From contig CAVOXA010000010.1 in assembly GCA_963700285.1 (NCBI GenBank), positions 288,001-352,000 of the forward strand: a stretch of DNA of 64,000 bases, written 5' to 3'. A program made the translations under genes and the position numbers. The notes beneath the pieces were generated by a model that made no database searches, was not told where the DNA came from, and saw only the letters and a list, made by a program, of their open reading frames with translations. Source of the DNA: an uncultured Chloroflexia bacterium. GTDB lineage: Bacteria; Chloroflexota; Anaerolineae; JAAYZQ01. This document shows positions 62,250 through 64,000 of this stretch, piece by piece; the stretch's first letter is position 1; the number at the start of each line of letters is the position of its first letter.

Positions 62250-64000
62250 CTACCGTGCCGCACCAAAGTAGGGGAAGGCACCAGCCAGATAGTACATGAC
62301 GACGTTCTCGAGGCCGGTATCGTGGGCATAGAGCAGCACGGGGTCGAGCCAGGTCTCCATGTGCGCCTCCTCTTTGACCTTCTTGAGGACATCGCAGACG
62401 AGCTCGGCCCGCTTCTCCGGATCTGGCTCGGCAGCCTGAGCCTCGATCAGGGCGTCCATCTCCGGGTCGACATAGTTGTTGCGGTTCGTGCCGCCGTGGA
62501 TGTTGCTGCTGTGCAGCACACCGCGCAGCATCATGTCGGGATCGGTCGTCCACTCTGACCAGCTCTGGGTGTTGTGCTCGCCAGAGCGCACTGCGTCAAA
62601 GTAGCCGCTGCGAGCTCAGGCCGTGGAGCTCGACCTCGACGCCGATCTTGGCAAAGTTGTCCTTCAGGAACGCGGCCATCATTGCTCCAGCTCGCAGCAT
62701 CAGCCCGGTAGTAGTGGCCTACGACCAACTTCTGCGCCGTCCTTTTCGCGGATGCCATCGCCGTCCTCGTCCACCCAACCAGCTTCCTCCAGCACCTGAT
62801 TGGCTGCTTCCAGATCGTAGGGGGCGATGTCGCAGGTTTCGGCGCAGTACCCAAACACCGAGCTGGTGATGAGGGCACAGGACGGTCGCCGTATCCCGTT
62901 AAAGACGGTGTCGATCATACCCTGCTTGTCCATGGCCAACTGCATCGCCTTGCGGACGGCCAGTTCATCGGTGGGTGCGCGCTCGTGGTTGAACATCAAG
63001 GCGTCGCCCATACCAGCCTGGGGCATCTCGACGGCGGTGAAGGCGGGGTCAGCCTCCAGAGTCGGGAAATCAACCTCGCAGGACCTCGTCCAGGAAGTCG
63101 ATCTCACCGGTCAGTAGAGCCGCTGTGCGGGTCGCCGGTTCGGCGATGAACTTGTAGACGATCTTGTCGACCTTGGCCGGCCCGTCAAAGCCCAGCTCTG
63201 GCGGCCCCCAGTTGTAGTCGGGGTTGCGGACCATGACGACCTCGTTGTCGAGGATCATCGACTCAAACATGTAGGGACCGGTGCCCACAAACTTGTGCAT
63301 ACCCCAGGCGTAGCCGCCTGTCTCCACGGCCGTAGGCGAGACAGGGGTCAGATAAGGCCCGGAGACACTGTCCAGGAAGGGGGCGTAGGGTTTGGAGAAC
63401 TTGACAATGACCTCGTAGTCGTTGACGATCTCCGTCTCCAGGTACGGCCCGATCACGCTCAGGCCCATCTGGGACTTGTTGCGCGGGATCTACGATACGA
63501 TCGAAGGTGAATTTGACCGCTTCGGCATTGAAAGGCGTGCCGTCGTGGAAGGTGACATCGTCGCGCAGCTTGAAGGTGTATTCGGTCGCGTCCTCGTTGA
63601 CCGACCATTCGGTGGCCAGGCCGGGCACAAACACGCCCGGCTCGACCTGCCAGATCAAAGGATCGGTCATGTGTAGGGTCATGCGTCCCACACGGGTGAA
63701 GGTGGTGATGTTGGGATCGAGGATGTCAAAGCCGCTGGGCATGCCGATGACGACGGTAGTCTCGTCGGCTGCCTCGATTTCTGCGGCCTCGGGGGTGGCG
63801 GTGACGACCATCTCTACCTCGACGATCTCGGTCACCACCTTTTCCACCACCTTTTCCACTACCTGGGACGTGCCCTCGACGATGACCGTCTCCTGCACGA
63901 CCTGGGTGATGACCTTTTCAACCTCCTGGGTCACCACCTTCTCAACCTCAACCACCTCAGGTTCGGGCGCTGCGCCACAGCCAGCAAGAACCAAACTGCT
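62250..64000 (-). CDS. ABC solute-binding lipoprotein, family 5, 5' truncated, several apparent frameshifts
   Basis: Lipobox LAGC, V/E/K/T-rich linker, LDP, FHDGTPFNAEAVKF, GTGPY, DGDGIREKDG. Confidence 0.88.

Noticed and set aside
4170-64000. Dozens of frameshifts read as island-wide pseudogenisation or programmed frameshifting
   Set aside because: The breaks I decoded are single-base indels in short homopolymers (e.g. ATT(T)CT near 15272, extra G near 57826). They cluster in patches irrespective of gene function, and motifs on both sides are intact. This pattern fits low-coverage long-read consensus error. Polishing with short reads would decide.
1-64000. Further in-frame TGA/TAG recoding sites
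   Set aside because: The catalytic Cys positions I checked (racemase, isochorismatase domain 1, OFOR, ferredoxin) are ordinary Cys codons, and the other breaks examined are frame changes rather than in-frame stops. The check was by eye and not exhaustive.

Overview
High-GC bacterial DNA. It is probably Chloroflexota/Anaerolineae, inferred from the Val/Glu/Lys/Thr-rich lipoprotein linkers of the solute-binding proteins and the style of the intergenic palindromes. After one partial plus-strand M20 amidohydrolase (<1-961), the whole window (~1.0-64 kb) is a single minus-strand run of about 56 catabolic genes. These include ~20 amide/peptide hydrolases (M14, M18, M20, M24, M28, amidohydrolase, isochorismatase, class-A beta-lactamase-like, D-aminoacylase), four PLP aminotransferase-family genes, two VOC double-domain proteins, a DUF4438 pair, aldolases, dehydrogenases, two Dpp-type ABC sets without ATPases, and a racemase + aminotransferase + 2-oxoacid:ferredoxin oxidoreductase + SucCD-like module. 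Many genes are split by single-base indels, several in homopolymer runs, which most likely reflect long-read consensus errors. Highlights: (1) a hidden DsbA-like selenoprotein (in-frame TGA at the catalytic Cys plus a SECIS-like hairpin) that the ORF track truncates; (2) two near-consensus sigma70 promoters 19 kb apart sharing the palindromic operator TA(T/G)CCTATAGGATA; (3) repeated pairing of intact enzymes with catalytically degenerate paralogues or domains; (4) a DUF4438 pair embedded among aminotransferases; (5) an amidohydrolase paralogue with a clean in-frame deletion of ~250 codons. I saw no rRNA, tRNA, CRISPR array, transposase or transcription-factor gene.
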